This document shows positions 1-12,076 of a stretch of DNA of 64,000 bases, in pieces (the first letter of the stretch is position 1; each line of letters begins with the position of its first letter). Source of the DNA: Novakomyces olei (Eukaryota). The DNA lies in the NCBI GenBank assembly GCA_016906335.1, contig JADEYG010000001.1:1240001-1304000 (forward strand), written 5' to 3'. The notes under the pieces were generated by a model that was not told the DNA's origin, did not search any database, and worked only from the letters and a program-made list of their open reading frames with translations. A program made the position numbers and the translations under genes.

Positions 1-1
1 T

Positions 2-601
2 ATCAACACGGGGCCTGCTGATGGCGATGACAACGAGCTGAAGCAGAGCAGAAGCGTCGGCAGCAGCAAGAGCACAACTACTGGCTTGGCACCAAAAACC
101 TGTACCTCTGAGCTTGACGCATATGACCAGACAAGCTGTGCTATTTGCCTAGAGGATTATGAGACTGGAGTCACTGTCGTACGCCAATTACCGTGCCGGC
201 ATATTTTCCATCCGGCCTGTATTGATCCTTTCTTGGAGAAGGACTCGTGCTTGTGCCCTTTGTGCAAGCAAAGCGTTCTCCCCAAGGGTTATGTTCCGGA
301 ACACATAAGACTTACCACGTCGATGGTTGTCCGAGAACGTCAGTACCGAATGCGAAATGGTGGTGGCAATAGTCGATCATGGGACACGTCTGCTGATCTG
401 CTAAGCCGTGGTCGAAGTCGTCATCTGCATCCGACACAGCAGCAGCCGCAAGAGAGCGGTGCAAATGGCGGTAATACCGCTGCTGAAATAAGACCAGAGT
501 CGAGATGGACCCGATTTTTGCACGCACTTTTCCCAGTAATGGCAGAACGTGAATTGGTTCGAAGAATTAACCGTCAGGGCACGATGAACGGGACGGCTTG
601 A
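2..601 (+). CDS. RING-H2 E3 ubiquitin ligase (RNF13/RNF167-like), 5' end outside window
   Basis: Frame is open from base 2; C3H2C3 motif CAICLEDY...LPCRHIFHPACIDPFL...CPLCK. Confidence 0.85.
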   Translation: MNTGPADGDDNELKQSRSVGSSKSTTTGLAPKTCTSELDAYDQTSCAICLEDYETGVTVVRQLPCRHIFHPACIDPFLEKDSCLCPLCKQSVLPKGYVPEHIRLTTSMVVRERQYRMRNGGGNSRSWDTSADLLSRGRSRHLHPTQQQPQESGANGGNTAAEIRPESRWTRFLHALFPVMAERELVRRINRQGTMNGTA

Positions 602-1069
602 GTTGATTGCAGTTATATGTAAATTGCTTAGAAGCTTTTTTGTTTATTTATTTTTCCGCAGAGATCTTAAATATTTGAGATACGCATGTATATCATATAT
701 GCATTCAAAATTATGTCTTTTGATTTATTCATTCATTTTTTAAAGCACTGGCTGCAGCTGGTTGCTGCAGCTGATTGCTATTTATTGGCGAGTCGTTTAA
801 TTTATGGGTTTAAAGAGCGGATCTCGTTTGATCGGGAAGAATTCATGTTTAGCAGAACTTTGTTGTATGTTTGCAAAATAATGTTTAATTTAAATAAAAC
901 CCCTTTTGCATTGCTCAATAAATAGCCCATAGTCGGCATCTTACTTTGCTCTTCTCTAGTCCATCAAAAGATTGGTTTGGAGGCGATTGACTTGCCTCGT
1001 TTCCCATTGCCGACAGACTGCTATTAAACAGGGACGTCATATTTGTCCCGGCACGTGTTTCTTGATTAC

Positions 1070-1089
1070 TAGGGATAGGGTTAGGGTTA
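1070..1089. promoter_or_regulatory. Telobox-like TTAGGG cluster upstream of the HMG-box gene
   Basis: TAGGGATAGGGTTAGGGTTA. Confidence 0.55.
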
Positions 1090-1446
1090 ATTCTAACATT
1101 TTAGCTCTTGACAGATTGAATTGTTACCAATATCTGTACTGTAACCTCGAGTCGGGTTACACAGGCAGATTAGAGTAAGCGATTGGAAAGTAATTTAAAT
1201 AAAAGACAGATTTAATATATTTCATATTATAATCAGTGTATAAAGCAGCTTTAGGGGTAAATTATATACGACTCAAAAGTTCAGAGCGCTATACCCAAGT
1301 TTTACTTGATACTTTGTTCTCGTACCGCGTTTTACGACATTCGTAAATAAACATTAGGAGACACGCGCGATCGGCTGCGATTTTGGCCTTTTGTAACTGC
1401 TATAGCGCACTTTAATCGTGCAATACTGACCGGGCGCAGCAGCGCA

Positions 1447-2851
1447 ATGGAGGCGAATGACTTGTCTGCCAAATTTGATGGGGTATGGCTGAGAATGACG
1501 GCAGTTTTCTTTTGTTTATTTGATTACAGTTCCATTTTTTTTAGAACCATGACAGTGTTTGAGTAAAGGTTATTTGATTAGACTTTGAGTCGAGGCACTA
1601 TACATGTTTCAAAATACCACTAAAACTGGCTCTTACTGCTGAAAAGTTTGAATCCAGTAGCCGATCAATTCAAGTCTTTTGCCGCCTGATCTGACCCTTA
1701 TAGCTCGTGAGCGCTCATGTTCTCGTGGCCGAGGCCTATGCCGCCTTAAGCCGGGCTCACCGAGACTTTGCGTCGTCAATGATAAGATCAGGTCCGCATC
1801 CGCTTATATCCGATAGCAATGTGGCCGCTGCCGCTTTGCCGCTGGATACGGGTCTGCATACGTTTTCTCCTCCAAATGGATCTGTCCCTGTACAACAAAA
1901 TGCACCTCAGCAAGGCAGCAAAGGCGAGGCCAATAAACAGACGGCGGCAAAGGCCAAACAGCCTCGCAAGGAGAGCGAAAAGGAAAAGGAAAAAGCTGCT
2001 TCAAAGACGGCACTAGCTAAGGGATCGCTAAATAAAAGCTCGCAAAGTAAAGGAACACAGGGTAAGGCTGGGCCGGCTGTTACTCTCAACTCTGGACCTG
2101 AGCCTGAAGCTCTTCATGACTCTGCTCATTCTCAAGCCGAGCGAAATGTGGAAATGCCGCTTGCTTCTGAACCAGCTGCCGGCAAACAGCAGGCACTCGA
2201 AGAGAAACCAAAACCAAAGCGTCAGCCCAAAGACCCAAACTTTCCAAAAGCACCGGCAGGCCGGTGGATCTGGTTCACAAAGGAGTATCGTAATATTGTG
2301 AAGCAGCAGTTAGGCGCGGATGCCAAATTTACAGATATTAATGACAATTTGCGTGCGAAATGGAACGCGCTTAGTCCGCAAGAACACGAGGTACGATATA
2401 TATACATATATTTGTTTGTTTGTTCTCCTTTCTTTATTGGTTTTGCCTATTTATTTCAGTCAAACAATTACTAAATCTCATTTAGAAATTCGAAGAGCTT
2501 GCACGTCAAGACAAGCTGCGGTACCAGCAGGAAGCACAAGATTATCGTGCATTGCACGCAGAAGACGCCGTTCCTCAAAGTTCGGTTTCACTGGGTGCAG
2601 AAGAGACCTCGTCGCCGTCTGCTCTTGCTTTAACACACGAGCCTGTCTCTGAAGAACAAGCACGCGGCCTGCCAGACGTACCGAGTTCGCAGACAGTACC
2701 TTTATCGCAAGATTCTGCAGGTCAGGGCGATATGAATCACAAGAAAAGGAAGGAGAAATCGCGAGGAGGAAGTGATAAAGACCGTGAGCGGCGTCGGGAG
2801 AAAAAGAAGAAACGGGTGAGTGCTGCTGAGCACTTTGACAGCTCTGAATGA
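1447..2851 (+). CDS. HMG-box chromatin protein (Hmo1/Nhp6-like), 3 exons: 1447-1482, 1704-2390, 2486-2851
   Basis: Spliced product contains KDPNFPKAPAGRWIWFTKEYR...LRAKWNALSPQEHEKFEELARQDKLRYQQE and a basic C-terminal tail; GT-AG introns keep the frame. Confidence 0.8.
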
Positions 2852-3447
2852 GCCTTATATGTTGTTAAAATGTTTTAAAATACTATGTAGTATTTTGAAG
2901 CATAATGCACCGCCTAAACTGTGATTGCTGGCAGTTATTCCTATTGAGTATATAAATATCAGACCGTGTGTTTATACTTTATCATGTACCAAGTACCGAA
3001 GTTGATTATCGCTTAGTCTCTTCTATTTTCTTCCCTTTTCTTCCCTTTTTTTAAACCTCTTTTATTCTCCTGTTTTTCCCTCTAAGTTTCTTTTTAATTA
3101 TTTACTACTTCTAATTAATTCTACGTATTCTTTTTTATTTTTAAATAATGGAACTACGAGCCTTTATACGTGTACAAAGCGTGACTAGTCGCACACATTC
3201 GACACAGTTACAGCAAGTTGCACGCTCTGCCATTATTTATGTTTATCCGTATAACCTTGTATATACGCGTTTAATTGAATGCTTGTTTGTTCACAAATTA
3301 ACATGCTTCATGCTTGACTAAATTATAATGGGCACGGCTAACATGAAATGCTAATAATATGTTTGGCTTATAATTTTCACTTGAGACATTGATTATCACC
3401 AACACAAAATGGCCGACAAAAGCTGCCCTAGCGTTACAGCGAAACAA

Positions 3448-5063
3448 TCATGTGCGCATCGAATAGTCGCCGTTCTGCGTAATATAACGAACCCACGGTA
3501 GAGCAGGATACTGCAATTTTGGTTCAATAATCTTGAACATTAGTATAACCATAAGTCCAGTTTCTCTTACCTTCAAGTATCTGACTTGAATCCCAGAGCA
3601 CGAGAAATAAGGAATCTCGAACTTGACGTCAATTGGCCGACGCTTCGGTTCTGTCTCCGCTACAAATATTAGCCTAAATGAAATGAAATAGAGCTGAAGA
3701 ATAAAGATATACGTATATAGATATTATATGTAAGAATAGATACAGAAAAATCAAACATAAAAACGGAAAAAGCCAAAAAAAAAAAAAAAAATAGCAGTAA
3801 TAAAAGACCAAATTATAAATTTCAAAACAATTTCTACATACATCCCCGGACACTTGGAAGACCCATCTCTGCGCGCATTAAAAACTCTTTGCCACCACCA
3901 AACTGCTTAATCTTCCAAATAATAGCCGACTGCTCAGGAGCATAATGAACATTGCCAATAGTAGTACGGAACTTTGGTGTATCCGCATCATCCGGGACCG
4001 GCACTATAATCTGAACATTATTGGCGGTAGATCTCCGTTTAAACTGAGCCTTTGCCTTGATCATATATTCAATACGAGACCCAGAATGGCTTTGGGTTTT
4101 GCATTCAACCCAAATCAACGGCTTCACATGTGTACTGAGCCGATACGACATTAGCTCAAATTCACCGTCCGGCGGAATAAAGGAAATCGTTCTATCATTT
4201 TCAAATCGCGATAGCCGTACACATTGATGAAACTTTACATCCTCCATCTCAATAGACTTTCCCCGGGCAGCGCGACCAGTGGCCTCAAACATGACTTTGT
4301 CGTTCAACCCTAAGCGTAATTCTGGCATGCCCGACAGGTAACATTTCATTTTAATAGCACCAAGAATTTCGCTACGGACTACATTTCCGCTGGAATTCAC
4401 AAGGAGATTAATGCTCTCCACCACGTCCAAAAACACTTCATTTTTCCGGTAACGAATGCCTTCAGACCGCCAGGAAACAGCATTCGTAACGGCTATTGGA
4501 GGACGCGCTTGGATTTCCAGTTTATGTGACTCTTGAGTGATATATTCTTGCAAGATCTTTGTCTCTGTCGTTTGCGGATACCCAAAATCCATCATTTCGT
4601 CCAAAAGTTCGTAAATAATTACAAAATTATCCCGTATTGATTCTTCCTCCAACTCTTTGAAATACTCGGTCAATACTTCCACGATTTTATGCAGGAAAAC
4701 AAGCATTTCCGCTGCATTGTTGTTTCGTTTCGTCAGCGCCAGGACATAGAGATTGCTGTGCTGAATGTAAATGTACTGTGAATTAGTACTGTTTTGGATT
4801 TCATGATCTAAAAAATCTGCTTTTGAATTGATTATGATTTGGTCGAGACTTACATTAACTCCGTCGTGAGTCAGGCAGGGCGATGGTGTAAGATTCTCGT
4901 CTTCTGCCTCAGAAATCAAAGGCATAAACTTTTCCACTGCAGACATTGGAATATCGGCTCTGTAGGTTGTAAGCAAACTCCACCTGAATGGTCTATAGTA
5001 CCTATAGTTCCGGGCTATCAAGATTTTGCCCTTGAGATCAAGGAAGAACACGGCCGACGCCAT
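3448..5063 (-). CDS. APM1: AP-1 adaptor complex mu1 subunit
   Basis: MASAVFFLDLKGK..., IRDNFVIIYELLDEMMDFGYPQ, SFIPPDGEFELM; spliced C-terminus ...GIQVRYLKIIEPKLQYPALPWVRYITQNGDYSMRT* (introns 3660-3841 and 3532-3570). Confidence 0.97.
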
Positions 5064-5605
5064 AGCGGCCGCAGTTGTGTTTTGGAAATAGACACGGGTA
5101 TACGATATATAGTGCCAACCAGTGTATTAATTAATACCAGCCAATGCTATACGCTGGGATCTTAACATAAGAATATTTAGAGTTGGAAAATAACGTACTA
5201 TCTCCAAAAGATTAAAAACCTCACTGCATTATTACATTATTACATTATTACATGTAGAACGTTGTATTGCTAGCAACGCACCGCACCTTTATCTCTAGCA
5301 AATCATTTTCCTAATTTTATTGGTTGAAGATAAACCACACTTGTATTTCGGAAATGCTTTAACCGTAATTAGTGCAAAAGGGCGGTGGAATAGGCCGTTT
5401 GTGGACAAGGCCAAGGCTTGTGCTTGGAAAACCTGTAAAATGTGCTAGGCTTACAATGGTACTGCGACTAGTGCAACGAGAAAACAGGGCTATGTTAATA
5501 CTCCCAGACCGCATATAATGACAAGAGTATATTATTTTCTAGTAATTGACTTTAGCCATAGATTCAATGCAAATTTTCTATTGTGTCAGCTCAAGACCTG
5601 TCTTT

Positions 5606-6583
5606 TCAGTCACTGTCCATTTTTTCCCCAATATTTTCTTCATCGCTTGAGGCTTCGCTGTCGCTGACGAGCTCTTGATCCAGTGAATGTACAACGTCAC
5701 CCCAATGCCTTTCCAATTGGCATTGGGGACAGTGTCCCTTTGCGGGCAAAACAGCAGACGTATCATTGCGTAAATAATGCATTGCAAGACAGCCTAAATG
5801 GCAGGAGCTCTGGCAATTCGGACAGACTGCCATCATTGACGTTATTGAAGACATGATCGGTTCTCGGCCACAGAGATGGCAATTGGCAGAAGCAGAACTG
5901 CTCTCGTTTGCGGCCATAGACTGATTAACTGCTGTGATATTGTTTATTACCCGCTGTTTATCTGGAATCACTAATGGCTCTTCTGGCGCCAGCGCAACGA
6001 GCTCAACCAATTGATCATTTGAGGAAGTGGGCCCCTTACTCACTACTTTGGCCCACTGTTTGTACATTTCTGGATCGAAAATTCGGACAGATAAAGGCCA
6101 CCGATTCCAGGCAGGCAGTTGTAGCATTGTATGTAGACCAGACAATTTTTGTGCGATAGAGCGAGCGGAACGCTTCGCCCGTCCTTTTGGAGTCAATTTG
6201 AGACTCACAGGGACTTGACGTGACCGTGGAAAAAAATCCCACGCCCATTCAAACTGGTATTATTAGCTATTCAATTTAACGAATGTGTTGTGCATACCTG
6301 AAGTGCTGCCAACCGAGACGGAAAGCCATAGACGATCAGGCCCATCTGTTAATTAGCGAGTTTAAATATAAGCTCAACTAACCCTCCAAGGCCGATTGTC
6401 AATAGTCTTGTGAGCGCCACCGGCTTTTAGATCGCCATTATGCTGTCGCAGCCTCTAAAGAACTGTCAATTAACCATGTCGCTTTATCTCACTTACCCTT
6501 ACAGGATCAGGCGTTGATCCAATATACGTCGAGCGAGGCCGTGACAAAGAGCGTAGTAGATAGCAGCAGTAGAATCGCGCCAT
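5606..6583 (-). CDS. SLX1: Structure-specific endonuclease subunit Slx1 (GIY-YIG plus C-terminal zinc finger), multi-intron
   Basis: First exon [34 protein letters not shown] and FEWAW motifs; C-terminal CHLC...CPNC..HLGCLA...CPQC. Confidence 0.92.
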
Positions 6584-6704
6584 TGCTCAGCTTGATCATG
6601 CTGCCATAAAACATTGGTCGTTAATAACGAGGAATGGCTTATCACGTTGCTAAAGAATCTCAGAATTGTATATTAATTTGTTTACAATTTGTTTACAATT
6701 TGTT

Positions 6705-6720
6705 TAGGGTTAGTTAGGGT
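6705..6720. promoter_or_regulatory. 16-bp telobox element in the SLX1/bL19m divergent promoter
   Basis: Exact TAGGGTTAGTTAGGGT. Confidence 0.65.
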
Positions 6721-6976
6721 CTATTCACGTGTTCCCGGAAAGTGAAGGACAGGGTTAGTTTAAAGAAGAAAATATTATTAGGTACAGAAAACAAAGTATA
6801 AAAAATAAAGTAGAGAAAATAAAGTATAGAAAATATGGGTATAAGATAAATACCACACATCTTTATAGCCTAACGGTGTGGTTTGAATTTTAGTGTTGAA
6901 GATAAAAATAAATATATAATTCAGCAACAAAAATTATAAAGGCCTTCGTACTTGTGACGAGCTGCAGCTCCCTAAA

Positions 6977-7855
6977 ATGCCACTCGCTTTACGTGGTACA
7001 GCTGCGGCTGCAGCTGTTGCAGCATGGTGTGTGCCAATTGTGCGGGGGTTAAAGACGGTAGCTGTGGGTGTGAGCAAGAACAGTAAGTTTCATTGGATTT
7101 TTACATGTTTTAGTGTTGCTTTCTCGTTGAACGTTTGGAATGCAGTTACTAACAGATCAGAAGGCGCTAAGGAAATTGTGTACCTCGCGCCAAAGAAACA
7201 CAATCTCCAGCTGGCTAAAGTTGGAGGCAAATCTGTACAAGTAGAGCATTTGCCGATGAGACGAATTCCGTTTCGCCGGATCAAGCCGCTGCCGGGACCA
7301 GTAGCAGGCAATGTACTAAAAGCAGTTGAGCAGAAAGCGATTCAAAAGTACGATTCCGAGGGAGTACGGCAGCGGATGTTTAGTCGCCGAAATCCGGACG
7401 GTCTTAAAGTGGGCGCAGTCATTCTGGTTGAATCTTACACTTCGCTAGCCAACAGGTCACTACACCAATTTGCCGGATTTCTTATTGATATCAAACGTGC
7501 AGGCGTACAGACCAGTATAACTCTGCGTAATAAAGTAGCCGATCTCGGAATTGAGATGCAGTTTAAAGTCTACAGCCCGCTGGTACGGCGTATTCGAGTT
7601 TTGTCGCCGAAGGGCCTGCGTAAAGTGCGAAGAGCCCGGCTCAACTATCTCCGCAAGCCTGAGCACGACAAGGGCGATGTGAGTGCTTGGCTCGCTGCGG
7701 ACCGTGTGCTACAGGCAAATGAACGCAAAGCGCGCAAAGCACAGAATTTTCGTGACTTGGAAGTAGCGCGACAGCAAAGAGCAAAGGATAAAGCGAATGA
7801 GCGTTTGCAGCGGTCTGAAAGCCAAAGTAACGGCTCTGAGAAAGGCGAGAAGTAG
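6977..7855 (+). CDS. IMG1: Mitochondrial ribosomal protein bL19m (Img1/MRPL19); probable in-frame intron 7083-7160
   Basis: L19 core FAGFLIDIKRAGVQTSITLRNKVADLGIEMQFKVYSP...KVRRARLNYLR; presequence-like N-terminus. Confidence 0.88.
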   Translation: MPLALRGTAAAAAVAAWCVPIVRGLKTVAVGVSKNSKFHWIFTCFSVAFSLNVWNAVTNRSEGAKEIVYLAPKKHNLQLAKVGGKSVQVEHLPMRRIPFRRIKPLPGPVAGNVLKAVEQKAIQKYDSEGVRQRMFSRRNPDGLKVGAVILVESYTSLANRSLHQFAGFLIDIKRAGVQTSITLRNKVADLGIEMQFKVYSPLVRRIRVLSPKGLRKVRRARLNYLRKPEHDKGDVSAWLAADRVLQANERKARKAQNFRDLEVARQQRAKDKANERLQRSESQSNGSEKGEK

Positions 7856-8045
7856 CACGGATACATTTTTAGATTATAATTTGGTCCTACGCAAAACTGT
7901 ACAATTTCAAATTGCTCTATAAAAGTTTAATCACCAACCATAGATACAAGGACGCATGTGCCAAGTCCCTTATGTTGGGCGCTGTTGCGTTCGTAATAAA
8001 TGCCATTCTGATCTACCCATACCTCTATCCAGAACTTCATCAAAT

Positions 8046-8728
8046 TTACAAGCCAGAGATACGGCCCTCATTCCATCGGTTGAGTCGTTCTTGCCGAAGA
8101 TGGTACATTTTGCGAGTATCGCGGTAAGATCTTGCAAAATCAGAGAGTGCCGACTGTTCAACAGCCGTCATATCTAAAAACGATGATACCATAGACTCGC
8201 TCAGCGACTCTGCGTCTGCCACGGCTGCCCGCAGGCGGCTGTAAAGTACTTGGGTTGAGAATGGCTGTAATGCAGTGTACATGACTTTTTCTTTTGCTCG
8301 AAACTCTTGTTCACGTTGTGCAGCTTCAGTTAGATCCTGGCCCAGCTTCTCACGTCTTGTTTTCACTGTTTGATTTAAAGCATTTATTTCATTTAGTAGG
8401 GACTGCTGCTCTTCTAATACAGCACGCATTCGCGCTTCTGTTTCCTTTGCCGCTGCCGACTCTGAGATATACAGACTTTTGATGGCTGACTCGTCACTTA
8501 ACAATTCTCTCAAATCATCGGTGCTAAAAGAGGTGAGCAAACTTCTGCTAAATACCGTTACCTCAAATCTTTTACCGCAGCAAGGCAGGCGGATACGTCT
8601 TGCGTTACGGGCTCAATCCTCTCCTCCGACTCGGCCACTTGAGTCTCATCCAGTCGTACTTTTGGCAGTACTGGCGGGACTTTGGGCGAATTGGTGCGTC
8701 CGTAATACGATTCACCCTGCAATGCCAT
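8046..8728 (-). CDS. VPS37: ESCRT-I subunit Vps37 (Mod(r) domain); intron 8524-8561
   Basis: LS-TDDLRELLSDE, coiled coil, AVADAESLSESMVSSFL...FARSYRDTRKMYHLRQERL. Confidence 0.8.
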
Positions 8729-8869
8729 TGAAAAATTATGCAATCACGAGTTCATACTGTAACAGCTCTCCAAATGCCGTCCGTTCCAGAGTATTTGTAT
8801 CAGATAGCCCTTGTACGTACTTCACCTGTGGGGAACTGGCACTAGTAGAAAGAAACAAAGAAATTATTT

Positions 8870-8896
8870 ACCCTAACTAACCCTAACTAGCCCTAG
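8870..8896. promoter_or_regulatory. Telobox element in the VPS37/GLS2 divergent promoter
   Basis: ACCCTAACTAACCCTAACTAGCCCTAG (contains the exact 16-mer on the reverse strand). Confidence 0.65.
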
Positions 8897-9033
8897 TTAA
8901 ATTATCAGCCTGATAACCCACATTTCTTTAGCAAACATGTCCTTGAGGTACATCATACGAATGAATAAAAGCACAAAAAAATATATAAAATACTCAAAAC
9001 GAAGCTGCTTATGGCCCATTGACGCAATTAGAA

Positions 9034-11949
9034 ATGCATTGTCCTCTTCAGCGGTGGTGGACGCTGCTTCTCATAGCGGTTACAGCTCTGTGTGCTCAAT
9101 GCGCAGAGCACGAACTGTTTCGTCGCTGTGATCAGTCAGGCTTTTGTACGAGAAACAGACAATTGGCGGATTATGCAGCTGAGCAGGGCGACCGATGGAC
9201 TTCGCCTTACTCTATCATTCAGGACACGATTAAATGGCAGAAAGGAAAATTGACGGCTACTGTGCAAAAAATTGTAGACAGTGAAGGCAAAGTTGTAGAT
9301 TTGCCTCTGACACTACACTTTTTGGCCAGCGGATCTGTGCGAATTACGTTGAACGAAAAAGCACGGCAGCAAGGCAATGTCAATTTCAAACAAGGGTTAA
9401 GGAAAGAAAGGTTTGATCCGTCCGAGTACTTTATTGTGGGAGGCCTTGAAACGGATACGAAGGTTCAGCAAATTACGTTTGAAAATGGGCGAGCCAAGAC
9501 AAGTTTTGGGCCGGCAGAGCTGAACTTTGAATTGGAGATCGAAGCAGATCCTCTTGTTTTGCGTTTCCGCAAGGATGGACAAGACCATGTAGTGCTCAAT
9601 GGCCGTGGCCTTTTAAATATGGAACATTGGCGTAGTAAGGACGCAGAGGCACCAGAATCAGAACTCCCCTATGGAGGATTCAGGCCTGATACATCAGCAA
9701 TGTGGGAGGAATCCTTCCGTGGCATTCAAGACACAAAGCCCAAGGGTCCGGAATCAGTTGCTCTGGATATTACTTTTCCCGGCTACGAGCACGTGTACGG
9801 CATACCGGAACACGCCACAAACCTGTCGCTCAAGGAAACGCGTAAGCAGGATGGTCAGCCAGACAATGAAAGCTTTGATCAGCCTTTCCGCTTGTTTAAC
9901 ACGGACGTTGGCTATTACGACGCTGACAGTCCCATGTCGCTCTACGGGGCAATTCCATTCATGCAAGCTCATCGGGCTGGATCTGATGTGGCAATTTATT
10001 GGATGAATCCGTCTGAGACCTGGATAGACATCGTCAAGGAGCGTCATGAGCAAAATTCCAAATCAAAAATTACTGCCACACATACTCACTGGATGTCAGA
10101 GACTGGGTTGTTGGACATGTTTGTCCATCTAGGACCGACAGCGGCCGATATTTACAGAGCCCAAGGAGACCTTTTCGGCTACCAGCAGCTTCCGCCCTAC
10201 TTTTCCACTGGCTACCACCAGTGCCGGTGGAACTATGTGAGCCAGGCTGATGTTGGAGCTGTTGATAAGGGCTTCGATGAGGCTGCCTTGCCTTACGATG
10301 TAATCTGGCTCGACGTGGAGTACCTGGACCAGCGCCGGTACTTTACCTGGCACCCAATCGCCTTTTCTGATCCACCAGCAATGCTAGATGCGCTGGATGC
10401 AAAAGGCCGTAAGCTCGTTGCCATCATCGATCCTCATTTAAAGAGGGATCCCGACTATTTCGCCTACACAGAGGCCATTTCCGGCGATTTGTGTGTTCGT
10501 AACGCACAAGGTCAAGTCTACGAGGGCGATTGCTGGCCCGGTACTTCGGTCTGGGTGGATTTCTTTTCCAAAGCTGCCCGGCAATGGTGGGCTTCACTTT
10601 ATCATTTTGAAAAGTATAATGGCTCCCGGCCGAACTTGCACATTTGGAACGATATGGGCGAGCCTGCTATTTTTACTGGACCCGATATGAGCATGCACAG
10701 GGATGCTGTGCATGCTGGAGGATGGGAGCATCGGCAGGTTCATAGTCTTTATGGTTTACTGTTTGTGAATGCTTCATACACAGGTTTAGTAGAAAGGTTA
10801 GCCGGGCAGCAGAGACCGTTTATTCTCTCCCGATCTTTTACCACTGGTACTAATAAATTTGCTGCCGTGTGGACGGGTGACAATGCTAATACGTGGGAGC
10901 ATCTGCACTCGGCCACGCCAATGATGCTGAGCAATGGGATTGCAGGACTCTCGTTTTGTGGAGCCGATGTAGGAGGCTTTTTCGATAATCCTACGCGTGA
11001 ACGGTTAATTCGCTGGTACGAGGCCGGTATTTTCTACCCCTTTTTCCGGGCTCATGCTCATATAGATACGAAGCGGAGAGAGCCGTACTTGTTACAGGAG
11101 CAGGATGTTGTTATTATTAGAGAGCTGCTGAATATTCGTCAACGATTGGCTCCAGTATGGTACACTGCTTTCCATAGAGCTCACACCGATGGAATGCCTG
11201 TCCTCAGGCCACATTTTGTAGCCTTTCCCAACGATACTGACGGCTTTGCCATTGACGATCAGTTTATGGTAGGGGATTCTGGTTTGCTCGTGAAACCTGC
11301 AAATATAGAGGATGCGGATTCAGTGGGAATACGCTTGGCTGACAGTGCCCCGTACTATGATTTTCATGATGCCAAAGTGTACCAGGGAGCCGGCCAAGTG
11401 CACACTGTTCCTGCTCCATTGGGACGGGTCCCCGTGCTCGTAAGGGGCGGATCTATTTTAGCCAAACGGGACAGGATCCGGCGCAGCTTGGAACTTACAT
11501 TAAGGGATCCATTCACGTTGGTAGTTTACCTGGACAATGACGGGAAGGCAGAGGGGGAACTGTACTTGGATGACGGGGTTACTTTTGCATTTGAACAGGG
11601 AGCATTTTTGCACCGGCAGTTTGAGTTTGATGCTGCCAGGTCTATATTAACTTCGAGAGAAAAAAAGTCAGCAGCAGAATCAGAGAGCTTGAACACAAAG
11701 CAGAGCCGTAAGCAACGGTCACAGTTTTTGCAAGCAATGCATGATGTGCGTGTGGAAAGGGTTGTGCTCGTATCGCGTAAACGGCCTCCATTTTATGCAG
11801 ACAAGGGGGCAGCCCGGGTAAAACAGGCGTCAAACGTGGAAGAGATTCCTATCATCTGGCAGCGCAGTCCATCGGGCACGTTTACAGCCAGTCTACGTGA
11901 CCCTGCTGCTCGAATTACCGATGACTGGGACATTGAGTTTGCGCCATAG
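9034..11949 (+). CDS. GLS2: ER glucosidase II alpha subunit (GH31), intronless
   Basis: Signal peptide, FRRCDQSGFCTRNR, GYHQCRWNY, IWLDVEY, WNDMGEP, WTGDN, GADVGGFF, FFRAHAHIDTKRREP. Confidence 0.96.
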   Translation: MHCPLQRWWTLLLIAVTALCAQCAEHELFRRCDQSGFCTRNRQLADYAAEQGDRWTSPYSIIQDTIKWQKGKLTATVQKIVDSEGKVVDLPLTLHFLASGSVRITLNEKARQQGNVNFKQGLRKERFDPSEYFIVGGLETDTKVQQITFENGRAKTSFGPAELNFELEIEADPLVLRFRKDGQDHVVLNGRGLLNMEHWRSKDAEAPESELPYGGFRPDTSAMWEESFRGIQDTKPKGPESVALDITFPGYEHVYGIPEHATNLSLKETRKQDGQPDNESFDQPFRLFNTDVGYYDADSPMSLYGAIPFMQAHRAGSDVAIYWMNPSETWIDIVKERHEQNSKSKITATHTHWMSETGLLDMFVHLGPTAADIYRAQGDLFGYQQLPPYFSTGYHQCRWNYVSQADVGAVDKGFDEAALPYDVIWLDVEYLDQRRYFTWHPIAFSDPPAMLDALDAKGRKLVAIIDPHLKRDPDYFAYTEAISGDLCVRNAQGQVYEGDCWPGTSVWVDFFSKAARQWWASLYHFEKYNGSRPNLHIWNDMGEPAIFTGPDMSMHRDAVHAGGWEHRQVHSLYGLLFVNASYTGLVERLAGQQRPFILSRSFTTGTNKFAAVWTGDNANTWEHLHSATPMMLSNGIAGLSFCGADVGGFFDNPTRERLIRWYEAGIFYPFFRAHAHIDTKRREPYLLQEQDVVIIRELLNIRQRLAPVWYTAFHRAHTDGMPVLRPHFVAFPNDTDGFAIDDQFMVGDSGLLVKPANIEDADSVGIRLADSAPYYDFHDAKVYQGAGQVHTVPAPLGRVPVLVRGGSILAKRDRIRRSLELTLRDPFTLVVYLDNDGKAEGELYLDDGVTFAFEQGAFLHRQFEFDAARSILTSREKKSAAESESLNTKQSRKQRSQFLQAMHDVRVERVVLVSRKRPPFYADKGAARVKQASNVEEIPIIWQRSPSGTFTASLRDPAARITDDWDIEFAP

Positions 11950-12076
11950 ATATAACACACAGACATTAGGGCACTTTTATACACACGGTTTGCACTCTAG
12001 ACACTTGTGATTCACAAACATGATTAAAGGCCTTTAATCTACACAAGTTTGCGATTTTCATTCATGTTTGTTTAAA

